DNA from: a bacterium
Lineage (GTDB): Bacteria; UBA9089; JAHJRX01
Reading direction: 5' to 3'
Assembly (NCBI GenBank): GCA_018830565.1
Contig: JAHJRX010000043.1
Location: forward strand, 9,755 to 73,754
DNA length: 64,000 nucleotides
Position numbers and translations under genes: made by a program. Position 1 is the first letter of the stretch, and each line of letters opens with the position of its first letter. Below are positions 41,226 through 54,144 of the stretch, piece after piece. The notes beneath the pieces were generated by a model. That model saw only the letters and a program-made list of their open reading frames with translations. It was not told where the DNA came from and made no database searches.

Positions 41226-41980
41226 ACAACCCCCACAACAATAACGAACAGGACAGAGAATATAACCTCAACAGTTTTGAAGGGTTTGTGCTTGAGTATC
41301 GGTATGTTACCGTCATAACCCCTTTGAATCATGGCTACTGTGATATGGTGGCTATGGTCAAATGCCTTAAGAATGAGAGAGCCTGTAAGGGTGCCGAATG
41401 AACCCAATCCACACTTTATATTGGAGTATCCAAGTCGATTCTTCTGGGCGTTATAAATAACCATTGCATCCTCAAGGAGAACAAAAATATACCTGTAGGC
41501 AAACATCAATATCTCAATAAATCCTTGCGGAACTCTCATCCAGGAAAGTCCTGCTGCAAACTCCACAAACGGCATAGAAAAGCTCATAAAAACAACAATT
41601 GATACCGCACCCAGAATTCTGCTTGCTATCATTAAGCCCTCTATCAATCCATCGCTATGCCCAAAGATTTTTATGCCCATAATATCCAATGAGAATAACA
41701 CATCGCTTCCAGAGAAAAAGAATTTCAACAAGACTATTATTGAGGCGATAAAGACAGGCTCTAAAAATCTCAGGACAAAGACCCTCAAGGGTATCCGTAT
41801 CCTTATGCAGAGAGCAAGACAAAGGATTGTCATGAATATTGGGAGGACAAATCCCTTATAGCTTAGAACCATGGCAAGAATAGCCAGACTGATCATGATC
41901 TTTATCCTTGCATCGATTTTTGAAAGCAGAGAACGGTTACGACCATTCCCTGCGGTAAAGTATTCTGAAAATATTTCCAT
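41213..41980 (-). CDS. cbiQ: energy-coupling factor transporter transmembrane component (CbiQ/EcfT)
   Basis: ~250 aa, five TM helices. Position upstream of cbiO. Confidence 0.8.
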   Translation of the reverse strand: MEIFSEYFTAGNGRNRSLLSKIDARIKIMISLAILAMVLSYKGFVLPIFMTILCLALCIRIRIPLRVFVLRFLEPVFIASIIVLLKFFFSGSDVLFSLDIMGIKIFGHSDGLIEGLMIASRILGAVSIVVFMSFSMPFVEFAAGLSWMRVPQGFIEILMFAYRYIFVLLEDAMVIYNAQKNRLGYSNIKCGLGSFGTLTGSLILKAFDHSHHITVAMIQRGYDGNIPILKHKPFKTVEVIFSVLFVIVVGVVWKM

Positions 41981-41997
41981 AATCTTTATAGGTAAGT

Positions 41998-42135
41998 ATT
42001 CAGCGGTCAGGTATCAGCACTCAGCCAGAACCAGGAAAATCAAACGCAAAGATGAACTCCACAATTTTACACTTTCTTGCTTTTCTGCTCTAACATCGCT
42101 AAAAATTGATACCTGACCGCTGATAGCTGAACGCT
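41998..42135. repeat. inverted pair of CAGCNNN-periodic repeat units
   Basis: ttcagcggtcaggtatcagcactcagcc ... cctgaccgctgatagctgaacgc. Confidence 0.6.
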
Positions 42136-42138
42136 TAC

Positions 42139-46228
<4,090 letters not shown>

Positions 46229-46257
<29 letters not shown>

Positions 46258-46567
46258 TCTTTAGCTGATATGCAATTCCAAGTCTCGTGCCTTCACCGCT
46301 TAGCTGCGTATCAGTTACCTTTTTCACCTTAATCTCTTTGCCCTTCTTGGTAATTATCTCTATCTGACCGTCAGCGGTCTTTTTGGTAATGGTTACCTCT
46401 GATTTTGGGTCCAGCAGGTCAACCATATCATAAGCCATAAATAAGGCAATCATCATGCTGACAATAAAGACTACGCTGGCGTCGAAAAGATTTGCCACTC
46501 CGGCAATAGGGTCCTCAAGCAGCTGTTCGTATTTTTCAAATCTTTTGTGTCTTTTCAAAAATCTCAT
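46229..46567 (-). CDS. DUF2149-like small membrane protein (ExbD/TolR-like topology)
   Basis: Single N-proximal TM (ANLFDASVVFIVSMMIALFMAY) followed by a soluble domain. Sits directly downstream of the ExbB-like gene. Confidence 0.55.
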
Positions 46568-46596
46568 GCTTAGCTCCTGATTTGTAATAGTTCAGC

Positions 46597-46768
46597 TAAC
46601 CGCAAAGGCGCAGAGACGCAGAGAAAAACTTAAAGTTTATTGGCTATACGCTTAATTCCATTCCTTAAGACAGAAATATTGAAATTGATCAATAGGCTGC
46701 ACCAAGAAAGTCTTTTTCCTGTGTCTGATTAATTTCCATACTCTGTGCCTCTGCGTCTCTGCGGTGAA
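46597..46768. repeat. long-range inverted repeat with CGCAGAG heptamer units
   Basis: ccgcaaaggcgcagagacgcagag ... ctctgtgcctctgcgtctctgcgg, about 120 bp apart. Confidence 0.6.
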
Positions 46769-46771
46769 CCA

Positions 46772-47326
46772 TTACCTTGATTTTACATCTGCATTTCGCA
46801 GCGTCAGCTCTGTAAGATATTCCATCTCCCTCATATCAGCTCTGAGCCATTTTTCTTTTACTATAGACATAAGATATGCGGCCACGCTACAGGCAAGTCC
46901 CACAACAACGGTTGTAAATGCAGTTACCATACTTCCAGCCATTTTAGGCATATCACCCTGTGCCATGGCAGAAAGGGCAATGCCCATAGGTATCAATGTC
47001 CCCATGAGACCAAGGGCAGGTCCAACCCGAATGGCAAATCTAACCCTATCCAATGATTTGACCAAATCAAGCTCTGCTGACTGAAGGAGTCTCTCCAGCT
47101 TGATGTCTAATTCCGCTGCCTTGTCTTTGCACTCACATTCAAGCATCAATTGATACCTGCGTAATGGCAGTGATATACCCTGCACCCTCTCGATATATTC
47201 ACGCAAGAATCCCCCAAACGAAATAACCATCCAGAATGTAAGCAAAGCAATCCCGGCAACCACCGGGTAAAAAAGGACAGAGGAGACGATATACAGATAT
47301 GTCTCAAGTCCCGCAAGAATATTCAT
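46772..47326 (-). CDS. MotA/TolQ/ExbB proton-channel family protein
   Basis: Three TM helices with conserved ...GPALGLMGTLIPMG... TM2/TM3 region. Confidence 0.85.
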   Translation of the reverse strand: MNILAGLETYLYIVSSVLFYPVVAGIALLTFWMVISFGGFLREYIERVQGISLPLRRYQLMLECECKDKAAELDIKLERLLQSAELDLVKSLDRVRFAIRVGPALGLMGTLIPMGIALSAMAQGDMPKMAGSMVTAFTTVVVGLACSVAAYLMSIVKEKWLRADMREMEYLTELTLRNADVKSR

Positions 47327-48024
47327 TGTTTAATCCCCCCTTGTGTTCTCTTTGCGAAAAACCCAATCAGCATTGCTGAAAAAAGCAGAGCAAATACCCC
47401 AATACTATTATTCAAATCAATATTGTTTGTCCCTGTTAGAAACGATCCGTATATCCCCTTTGCCTCTTCAATCTTTGGCGGTAGAACCAGTGTTGCAAGA
47501 AAATAAAGACCTATGCCTATCATACTCAGTCCAATGTTCACATTTGAATTACTGATGCAATTCATCCTTATCATGATAATGATAAGAAGGGTTAAAACAA
47601 CAAAGGATGTGCCAATGCACAATCCCACAACTGGTGCAGGGAGTTTAATCACATTTAATGCTGCCCATGTAGAAAAGGTTATAGCAGCAACGCAAACAGG
47701 GCAGGGAATCCACAGAAATATTGCAGAGTATTTAGAGCAATGCTTGTGCTTTGTATTGTGCAGTAGATATATCCCCCATATCATCAATCCTGTTGCCATC
47801 AGCATGTGAAGGTATGGACCCTTTCTTAACACAGGCTCAAACAACTGGAACAGGCGACCTGAAAATGTCGCGATAAGTACAAAGGCAGCAAGATAACACA
47901 AGAGAATCAAGACTATGCCTTTTTTCCTTAGCCCTCCAAACCCAAGCCCAAAGCCAACCTTAACAGCAAATATGCTTAAGGTAAAGAGCATTCCGCCAAT
48001 CCATAGAATAATGCTTAAATCCAT
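47323..48024 (-). CDS. polytopic membrane protein (DUF2162-like?)
   Basis: Six or seven hydrophobic helices. Translationally coupled to the exbB-like gene. DUF assignment is from memory of archaeal cobN neighbourhoods and is low confidence. Confidence 0.35.
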   Translation of the reverse strand: MDLSIILWIGGMLFTLSIFAVKVGFGLGFGGLRKKGIVLILLCYLAAFVLIATFSGRLFQLFEPVLRKGPYLHMLMATGLMIWGIYLLHNTKHKHCSKYSAIFLWIPCPVCVAAITFSTWAALNVIKLPAPVVGLCIGTSFVVLTLLIIIMIRMNCISNSNVNIGLSMIGIGLYFLATLVLPPKIEEAKGIYGSFLTGTNNIDLNNSIGVFALLFSAMLIGFFAKRTQGGIKQ

Positions 48025-48028
48025 GTTA

Positions 48029-48847
48029 TTATCCCTCTAACCTAAAGGCTATATTTACCCTTAGACTCAACTCCTCTCTCTTTAGTCCCTCTGGAATACA
48101 CAAAAATGGGCTTGCCTTCTTTACGCTCATGACAGCCTCATCATCCAGAATTTTGCAGCCTGATGAAGCGGCTATCTCAACATTCTTTAATCTTCCATCA
48201 TTAGAAATACAAAATTGAACCCTTACCACCCCTTCAATCTCTTTTCTTCTTGCAACCTGAGGGTATTTTTTATTTCTTTCTATCTTTGCCTTAACCTTAA
48301 CTGTATATTCCTGCAGCAAATTATCTTTAATAATCCCCTCTTGAGAGGGGTGGCTGCGAAGCAGACGGGGTGTGTTATCCCCTATAATCCGGGATTGTAA
48401 TGGTTCAATGCCCTGAAATTCTTCTGCACAGGGCATACCCTGAACAGCACAGCTTTCTGTAGGGCTCGGTCCCTGACCGAGCCTATTTTCTTCTACTGCC
48501 TGAGTTTCAGCCGCACATGTGAGTACATGAGGTGTATCAAGTAAGGTTTTAGACAGTACTTGTGGATCCAGCATCTCATTTGTCACAGCAGGACTTGAGG
48601 TTTCGGTCAATGTCTGTGGTATCTCCTTCGGCATAGGAGCTGCCTCTGTTTTATGTAATGCCTGCGTTCTATGCAGCTGGACATCTTTAGCATCAGCTTG
48701 CATGCCCTTATCGTCCAAATTTTCTAGTAGTGAAACCATTATCAATCTCTCGGTATTCTTTTGCACCTGATCAGGATTACTGAAAATATTTCCCATCGTA
48801 AAAAAAATGATGTGCAATAAAGCAGAGATGATGAGACTACGATTCAT
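48029..48847 (-). CDS. TonB-family energy transducer
   Basis: N-terminal TM, Pro-rich linker and a C-terminal TonB_C-like domain (KYPQVARRKEIEGVVRVQFCISNDGRLKNVEI). Confidence 0.7.
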   Translation of the reverse strand: MNRSLIISALLHIIFFTMGNIFSNPDQVQKNTERLIMVSLLENLDDKGMQADAKDVQLHRTQALHKTEAAPMPKEIPQTLTETSSPAVTNEMLDPQVLSKTLLDTPHVLTCAAETQAVEENRLGQGPSPTESCAVQGMPCAEEFQGIEPLQSRIIGDNTPRLLRSHPSQEGIIKDNLLQEYTVKVKAKIERNKKYPQVARRKEIEGVVRVQFCISNDGRLKNVEIAASSGCKILDDEAVMSVKKASPFLCIPEGLKREELSLRVNIAFRLEG

Positions 48848-48885
48848 CTTTTCCTTTTCCTTCTTGCTGCAATAATGCTACTCCT

Positions 48886-48955
48886 TCGGGGTTGCTTATT
48901 TTTTCCTTCCATCTTCTGTATTTAATCCCGAAGGAGTAGCATTATTATAGCATTC
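48886..48955. repeat. palindromic element AATAATGCTACTCCTTCGGGGTT / AATCCCGAAGGAGTAGCATTATT
   Basis: Perfect 23-bp arms. Related copies at 53160-53230 and 60098-60125. Confidence 0.65.
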
Positions 48956-49096
48956 ATTAATTAATCAACTATAATTATTTTATCTGTTGGTGCTGCTTCC
49001 CATGCAACACAAGATTTGTTTATACCCATAAAACCGAAAACTATCAATATATGGATTAGGGCAGATATTAGAATAGATACCTGAATGCCTGAGTAG

Positions 49097-49942
49097 TTAC
49101 TCATAATTCATAATTCCCTTCACCATTACCTGTAATGTTTGGAGGATCTCACTATACTCAACATTCACCTCTACCTCATACGCCTCCAGGAGATTTTTGG
49201 GGGTAAGTACTTGTTGAGAAATACCATCACACAGAATCCTGTGATTATGCAATAAGATGAGCCTGTCGCAGAATCTTGCGGCTAAATTCAAATCATGAAT
49301 AACCATGACTGTGGTAATTCCATGTTCACGAACTAATGTCTTCACCAGCCCAAGTACCCTCATCTGGTGTTTTATATCTAAGTTTGCCGTTGGTTCATCC
49401 AGCATAAGTATCTTGGGTTCCTGAGCAAGTGCCCTGGCAATGATTACAGCCTGCCGCTCACCACCACTTAACTCATTTATTTGTCGATGTCGAAAGCCAA
49501 TGGTATCGGTTTTTCTCATTGCCTCTTCACACACCGCTAAATCTTGTTTGGTGACACCAAACCTATTTTCTTGATGGGCATATCTACCCATTAACACTAC
49601 ATCCTCAACCGTAAACAGGGGTGGAATGAATATGCTTTGCGGCACCACAGCCATAATTTTGGCAATCTCTTTTCGGGAAAGGCTGCTTATATCTTTGTCA
49701 TCCAACATAATCTTTCCGTTTAATGCACGCTTTACACCGGTCATTACCTTAAGCAAGGTAGTTTTACCCGCACCATTTGGACCGATAATGCCTAAGAATT
49801 CTCCCTCAGAAACATGGAAGTTAATCCCTTCAAGCACGGAAAATTCACTATAGGATGCTTTTATGTTTTCTAACCTGATCATTTTACCACCAACTAACTG
49901 ATTTTTTCCTTCGCCGTAATAGATACACAAAATATGGTGCAC
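49097..49942 (-). CDS. ABC transporter ATP-binding protein, iron/corrinoid (FecE/BtuD) type
   Basis: Walker A GPNGAGKTT, LSGGERQ and ILMLDEPTANLD. Confidence 0.9.
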   Translation of the reverse strand: MHHILCIYYGEGKNQLVGGKMIRLENIKASYSEFSVLEGINFHVSEGEFLGIIGPNGAGKTTLLKVMTGVKRALNGKIMLDDKDISSLSRKEIAKIMAVVPQSIFIPPLFTVEDVVLMGRYAHQENRFGVTKQDLAVCEEAMRKTDTIGFRHRQINELSGGERQAVIIARALAQEPKILMLDEPTANLDIKHQMRVLGLVKTLVREHGITTVMVIHDLNLAARFCDRLILLHNHRILCDGISQQVLTPKNLLEAYEVEVNVEYSEILQTLQVMVKGIMNYE

Positions 49943-50921
49943 CGATAGCTGCCGTGATAATACCTATAGGTATCTCCATCGGCTGAGTAACTGTTCTGGC
50001 TAATATATCAGCCAGAACAAGAAATATGCCACCACCCAGGGCAGATGCCGGCAGAAGGATATAGTAGTTAGGACCAACTATTAATCGGGCTATATGAGGG
50101 ATAACCAATCCTACAAACCCAATTATTCCAGAGACAGCAACAGAAACAGCTGTAACAAGGCTTGCGGCTATTAAGAGTATTCGCTTACACCATTCAACAT
50201 CTACCCCAAGATGTAATGCCTGTTCCTCACCAAAGGCAAGGACATTCAGTTCCCTTGAGAACAGATAAAGCACTATAATCCCACAAAGTATGGGCAGAGC
50301 CACAATCTTGACATCCTGCCAACTACCTGAGGCAAATGAGCCCATCAACCATAACACTATGTCCCGCAAGGTATGTTCAGAGGCAATCAGCTTCAGGAAT
50401 GAAACAGCTGCATAAAGAAAGAATCCCACAGCAATGCCTGATAAAAGCAGTGTTTCAGTTGGAATCCTGCCCTCGGTTCTGGCGATATTATAAACCACAA
50501 ATATGGTTGCTGTAGCACCCAAGAAAGCCATAGCCGGTATGGTTAGTCCACCAAACACCGTACCAATACCCAGTACCATGGCCAAGGCTGCCCCGCAAGC
50601 CGCACCTGCAGACATACCCAAAACATAAGGCTCGGCCATGGGATTACGGAATAAGCCTTGCATGGCTGCCCCTGATATGGACAGCCCCATACCTACAAGC
50701 ATGGCAAGTATAACCCGCGGTGTGCGAATATCGAGCACAATTGTCTCTGCAATACTATTCCAGTCAGGCTGAAAAAATAACCCGCAGGAAATCTTATGTC
50801 CCCATATCTTGAGAATGACTAATGGATGGATAAATACAGGACCTATCATTACCCCAATGATACACGCCATGACTACGCCAATAACTAATATAAAAAGATA
50901 TTTCTTTTGTTTACGGCTCAT
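49884..50921 (-). CDS. FecCD/BtuC-family ABC permease
   Basis: Ten TM helices and a ...TGIAVGFFL...GPIGFVGLVIPH... FecCD signature region. Confidence 0.9.
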   Translation of the reverse strand: MSRKQKKYLFILVIGVVMACIIGVMIGPVFIHPLVILKIWGHKISCGLFFQPDWNSIAETIVLDIRTPRVILAMLVGMGLSISGAAMQGLFRNPMAEPYVLGMSAGAACGAALAMVLGIGTVFGGLTIPAMAFLGATATIFVVYNIARTEGRIPTETLLLSGIAVGFFLYAAVSFLKLIASEHTLRDIVLWLMGSFASGSWQDVKIVALPILCGIIVLYLFSRELNVLAFGEEQALHLGVDVEWCKRILLIAASLVTAVSVAVSGIIGFVGLVIPHIARLIVGPNYYILLPASALGGGIFLVLADILARTVTQPMEIPIGIITAAIGAPYFVYLLRRRKKSVSWW

Positions 50922-51658
50922 CTATTTGCCCTCTTGATAGTTACTATTCCCCAACAGAAACAAAGGATAAATACAAGAATCATAATTACAAGGGAATTTA
51001 TATTCACTGGCTGTCCGAGAAAACTTGCCCGCAAGGCACTACTTGCATGGGTTAGTGGTAAAAAATTGAGTCCTGCCTGAATAAAATACGGCAGTTTATT
51101 TATCGGGAAAAATGTTCCACAGAAAAAAGACATGGGCATAATGAAAAAGTTAGAGAATGTAGCTGTGTCCTCATGTGATTTGGCTAAAAAGCCGGAGATA
51201 ACACCAAAGCAGGCAAAGATTAAGCAATTCAATATCCAGACAGCCCAAAAGACATGATTGACAGGAAATCCTGCCCCAAATATGCTTGCGGCTATTAAAA
51301 CAAGGGATGAGGCAAAAAGACCCCGCACTACGCCGGATAAGACCTCACCAAGCATAATATCGACAGCCGTTACAGGGCTTACCAAATACTCATCAAAGGT
51401 CTTAAAGTGGAGTCTTCCAACCGTAATCGAGGTAGCAATCCATGTGTAAGAGTTGGTCATAGAGCTCATGGCACAAATCCCCGGCACAACAAAGGCAAGA
51501 TAAGAAACACCATCAACACTCATCCCTCTACCCAATCCTAATCCAAAAGCAATCAGATAAAGCAGAGGGGTAATCATGGTAGAGAATAGATAGCCAAGCT
51601 TGGCTATCCTTTGCCTGAATATGATCATCTCTCGCAAGAATATAGGGTAAAAATTCAT
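50918..51658 (-). CDS. ABC-2 type transporter permease
   Basis: Six TM helices. Coupled to the ABC-2 ATPase upstream. Confidence 0.65.
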   Translation of the reverse strand: MNFYPIFLREMIIFRQRIAKLGYLFSTMITPLLYLIAFGLGLGRGMSVDGVSYLAFVVPGICAMSSMTNSYTWIATSITVGRLHFKTFDEYLVSPVTAVDIMLGEVLSGVVRGLFASSLVLIAASIFGAGFPVNHVFWAVWILNCLIFACFGVISGFLAKSHEDTATFSNFFIMPMSFFCGTFFPINKLPYFIQAGLNFLPLTHASSALRASFLGQPVNINSLVIMILVFILCFCWGIVTIKRANR

Positions 51659-52488
51659 CTCTCAATCCTCTCCCCTGTAAGTTTAATAAACGCATCCTCT
51701 AAGTTTGACTTTCTGATAACCACATCATCAACCCGCTTTTCTGCAAACTCATACGCTGACTCTCTGGTATCAAACAGCCTGTAATTTGTTACTCCATCAT
51801 CGAGTGATTCAACGACAAAGCCGCCTATTTTTGCCTTGAGTTCGGAAGGATTGCCAAGGGCAATTAGCTTACCATGGCTAAGGATGCCAACCTGCCGGCA
51901 AAGAAACTCTGCCTCTTCAATGTAATGTGTAGTAATCAGGATAGTTACCCCTTGCCGGTTTAAGTCGCGTATAAGATCCCATATCTGGCGTTTTATCTGT
52001 GGGTCAAGCCCTACGGTTGGCTCATCCAGAAACAACACCCCTGGTCTGTGCATAATAGCCCGACAAATAAGCAGCCGCCTTTGCATACCACCGGAAAATG
52101 TTGAAACCTTGCTGCCTGCCCGAGCTGAAAGCTCAGCCCACTTGAGTAACTCATCTATCCTTTCTTTTATTTGCTTCATCCTATGGAGCAAGCCATGGAT
52201 ATAAAGATTTTCATAGCAAGTAAGTTCTTTGTCAATATTATTCTCCTGTGGGCAGACACCAATCAATTGCTTTACTCTGCCAGCCTCTTTGACTACATCA
52301 AACTCATTGATTTTTGCCTGACCAGAGGTTGGTTGAATCAGTGTATTAAGCATTCGCATGCAAGTAGTCTTCCCGGCACCATTTGGCCCCAAAAGCCCAA
52401 AAATCTCACCCTTCTCAATATCCAGATTCAATTCATCTACGGCAACGAGATCCCCAAATCTTTTGCTTAAGTTTTCAATATGTATCAT
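51655..52488 (-). CDS. ABC transporter ATP-binding protein (ABC-2/DrrA-like)
   Basis: GPNGAGKTT, FSGGMQRR and LFLDEPTVGLD. Confidence 0.9.
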   Translation of the reverse strand: MIHIENLSKRFGDLVAVDELNLDIEKGEIFGLLGPNGAGKTTCMRMLNTLIQPTSGQAKINEFDVVKEAGRVKQLIGVCPQENNIDKELTCYENLYIHGLLHRMKQIKERIDELLKWAELSARAGSKVSTFSGGMQRRLLICRAIMHRPGVLFLDEPTVGLDPQIKRQIWDLIRDLNRQGVTILITTHYIEEAEFLCRQVGILSHGKLIALGNPSELKAKIGGFVVESLDDGVTNYRLFDTRESAYEFAEKRVDDVVIRKSNLEDAFIKLTGERIER

Positions 52489-52603
52489 AATTTTATTCCT
52501 TTAATTAAAATTAATTAAAATTTCTCTTGACAAAAAGTATTATTTGATATATACTTTATATAGAATTACGATGAGAGGGCACACCTAAGGTTTCGTCCGA
52601 AGG

Positions 52604-53110
52604 TTACTCCCTCTCCTTTTTTTTGCCCAATTTTTTCTCCAAGTGATTGATGTAAATGTAATACTTATGAAATTTCCTCAAAAGAGCTGAATATTTGTTA
52701 GGATTGGGAATAAGAATATGCAGAAGTTTTCTTTTCTTCTCTAAGTATTCAATCAAACAATGGAAATCACCATCACCAGAAACAATAACTGCTTTGTCGT
52801 AGTTAGGATATTCAATCATTGTATGCAAAACTAATTCTGCATCAACATTTCCTTTTGCACGCTCTACCCCTTCTTTTTTATAGTAGAGCGTTGGCTTAAA
52901 GATGATTATATATCCCGCCTTTTGCAAAAATGTATATAATGCTTCGTTCCCTGCAACATAACCAATAAAAAGAAATGCTTTTGTAACTTTGTATTTGTCT
53001 TTCAAATAAATGTAAAATCTGGCAAAATCTAACTCCCAACCGCAATCTTTAATCGCCAGGTTTAAGTTTTGACTATCTATAAAGGCATAATTATTTTCCA
53101 AGGGTCTCAT
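52604..53110 (-). CDS. NYN-domain (LabA-like) protein
   Basis: AFIDSQNL...VIVSGDGDF pattern of NYN/LabA nucleases. The gene is conspicuously AT-rich relative to its neighbours. Confidence 0.75.
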   Translation of the reverse strand: MRPLENNYAFIDSQNLNLAIKDCGWELDFARFYIYLKDKYKVTKAFLFIGYVAGNEALYTFLQKAGYIIIFKPTLYYKKEGVERAKGNVDAELVLHTMIEYPNYDKAVIVSGDGDFHCLIEYLEKKRKLLHILIPNPNKYSALLRKFHKYYIYINHLEKKLGKKKERE

Positions 53111-53159
53111 TTAACACCTCCCTCCACAATAGCAATCTCTTCTTCGGTCAAGCCATAAA

Positions 53160-53230
53160 AGCTATAATAATGCCACCCCGTTGGGGTTGTGGTTTGCTTG
53201 TTAAACCCCGAAGGGGTGACATTATTGTAG
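53160..53230. repeat. palindromic element (same family as 48886-48955) immediately upstream of the NYN gene
   Basis: tataataatgccaccccgttggggttg ... aaccccgaaggggtgacattattgtag. Confidence 0.6.
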
Positions 53231-54142
53231 CTCTGGATGAATAAATTTAATCAAATTCCGCAATGCCTCTGGAAACCGCACTACGCTATGAACCGAGCTG
53301 CCGTCTATGGCATACACACGGTTATTTTTTATTGCCTTTACTTGATTAAAGTATGGTTTTTCTTTTATCGCGGCTATCCTGGTTTTTTTGTCTTTCTCTG
53401 CCCAATAGGTAATAACAATCACATCAGGATCCTTGCTGATTATATATTCATGTGAGATCTCTGGAGTCTGTCGATTGATATCACCAGCTAAATTAATTCC
53501 ACCCGCCATCTCAATTAGTTCGTTGACAAGCGTTGGTTTACCATAAGTCAGATTGCCAGAACCCCACCAAAAATAAACAAGAGGCTTATATGATAGAGGC
53601 ATCACCCTCTCTTGCAGCTTAGAGTTTTCTGTCTGTATCCTTTTAGTTATATTTTCTGCCTCTTTTTTCTTGCCAAGCAGCACCCCTAATCTTTTTATCT
53701 GCTCAATCCCATGGGACACATCCCGGGCAGTTCCAAACGAGGCATAGGGAATACCCCATTTCTTAAAACCTTGAGTATATTTTCCCGGTGCCTCAAGGGA
53801 GTCATAGAGAATAACCAAGTCCGGGGAAAGTGAAACAATCTTCTCAATATTGATATTGCTAAACCCTCCTACCCTTGGTTTATCAAGCACTTGAGGATAT
53901 TTTTCGCAAACCCATGTATAAGACAAATCTATTTTTTCCGGCACACCAACGATCTTGCTGCCTGCACCCATTTCAAATATTGCAGGTATAAGCGTCGCAC
54001 TTACAGCCACAATCCGCTTTGGTATTTTATCCAAAACTATTACCCTGCCAAAGTCATCCTTGCCTATGATCTCTGCATTGACAGGAAGAAGATTTACAAA
54101 AACACTAATGATAGATAGCAAAATTATCGAATTAATCCTCAT
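53222..54142 (-). CDS. periplasmic substrate-binding protein, BtuF/FecB (class III) type
   Basis: Signal peptide. IVAVSATLIPAIFEMGAGSKIVGV... pattern of iron-siderophore/cobalamin binding proteins. Confidence 0.8.
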   Translation of the reverse strand: MRINSIILLSIISVFVNLLPVNAEIIGKDDFGRVIVLDKIPKRIVAVSATLIPAIFEMGAGSKIVGVPEKIDLSYTWVCEKYPQVLDKPRVGGFSNINIEKIVSLSPDLVILYDSLEAPGKYTQGFKKWGIPYASFGTARDVSHGIEQIKRLGVLLGKKKEAENITKRIQTENSKLQERVMPLSYKPLVYFWWGSGNLTYGKPTLVNELIEMAGGINLAGDINRQTPEISHEYIISKDPDVIVITYWAEKDKKTRIAAIKEKPYFNQVKAIKNNRVYAIDGSSVHSVVRFPEALRNLIKFIHPELQ

Positions 54143-54144
54143 TT

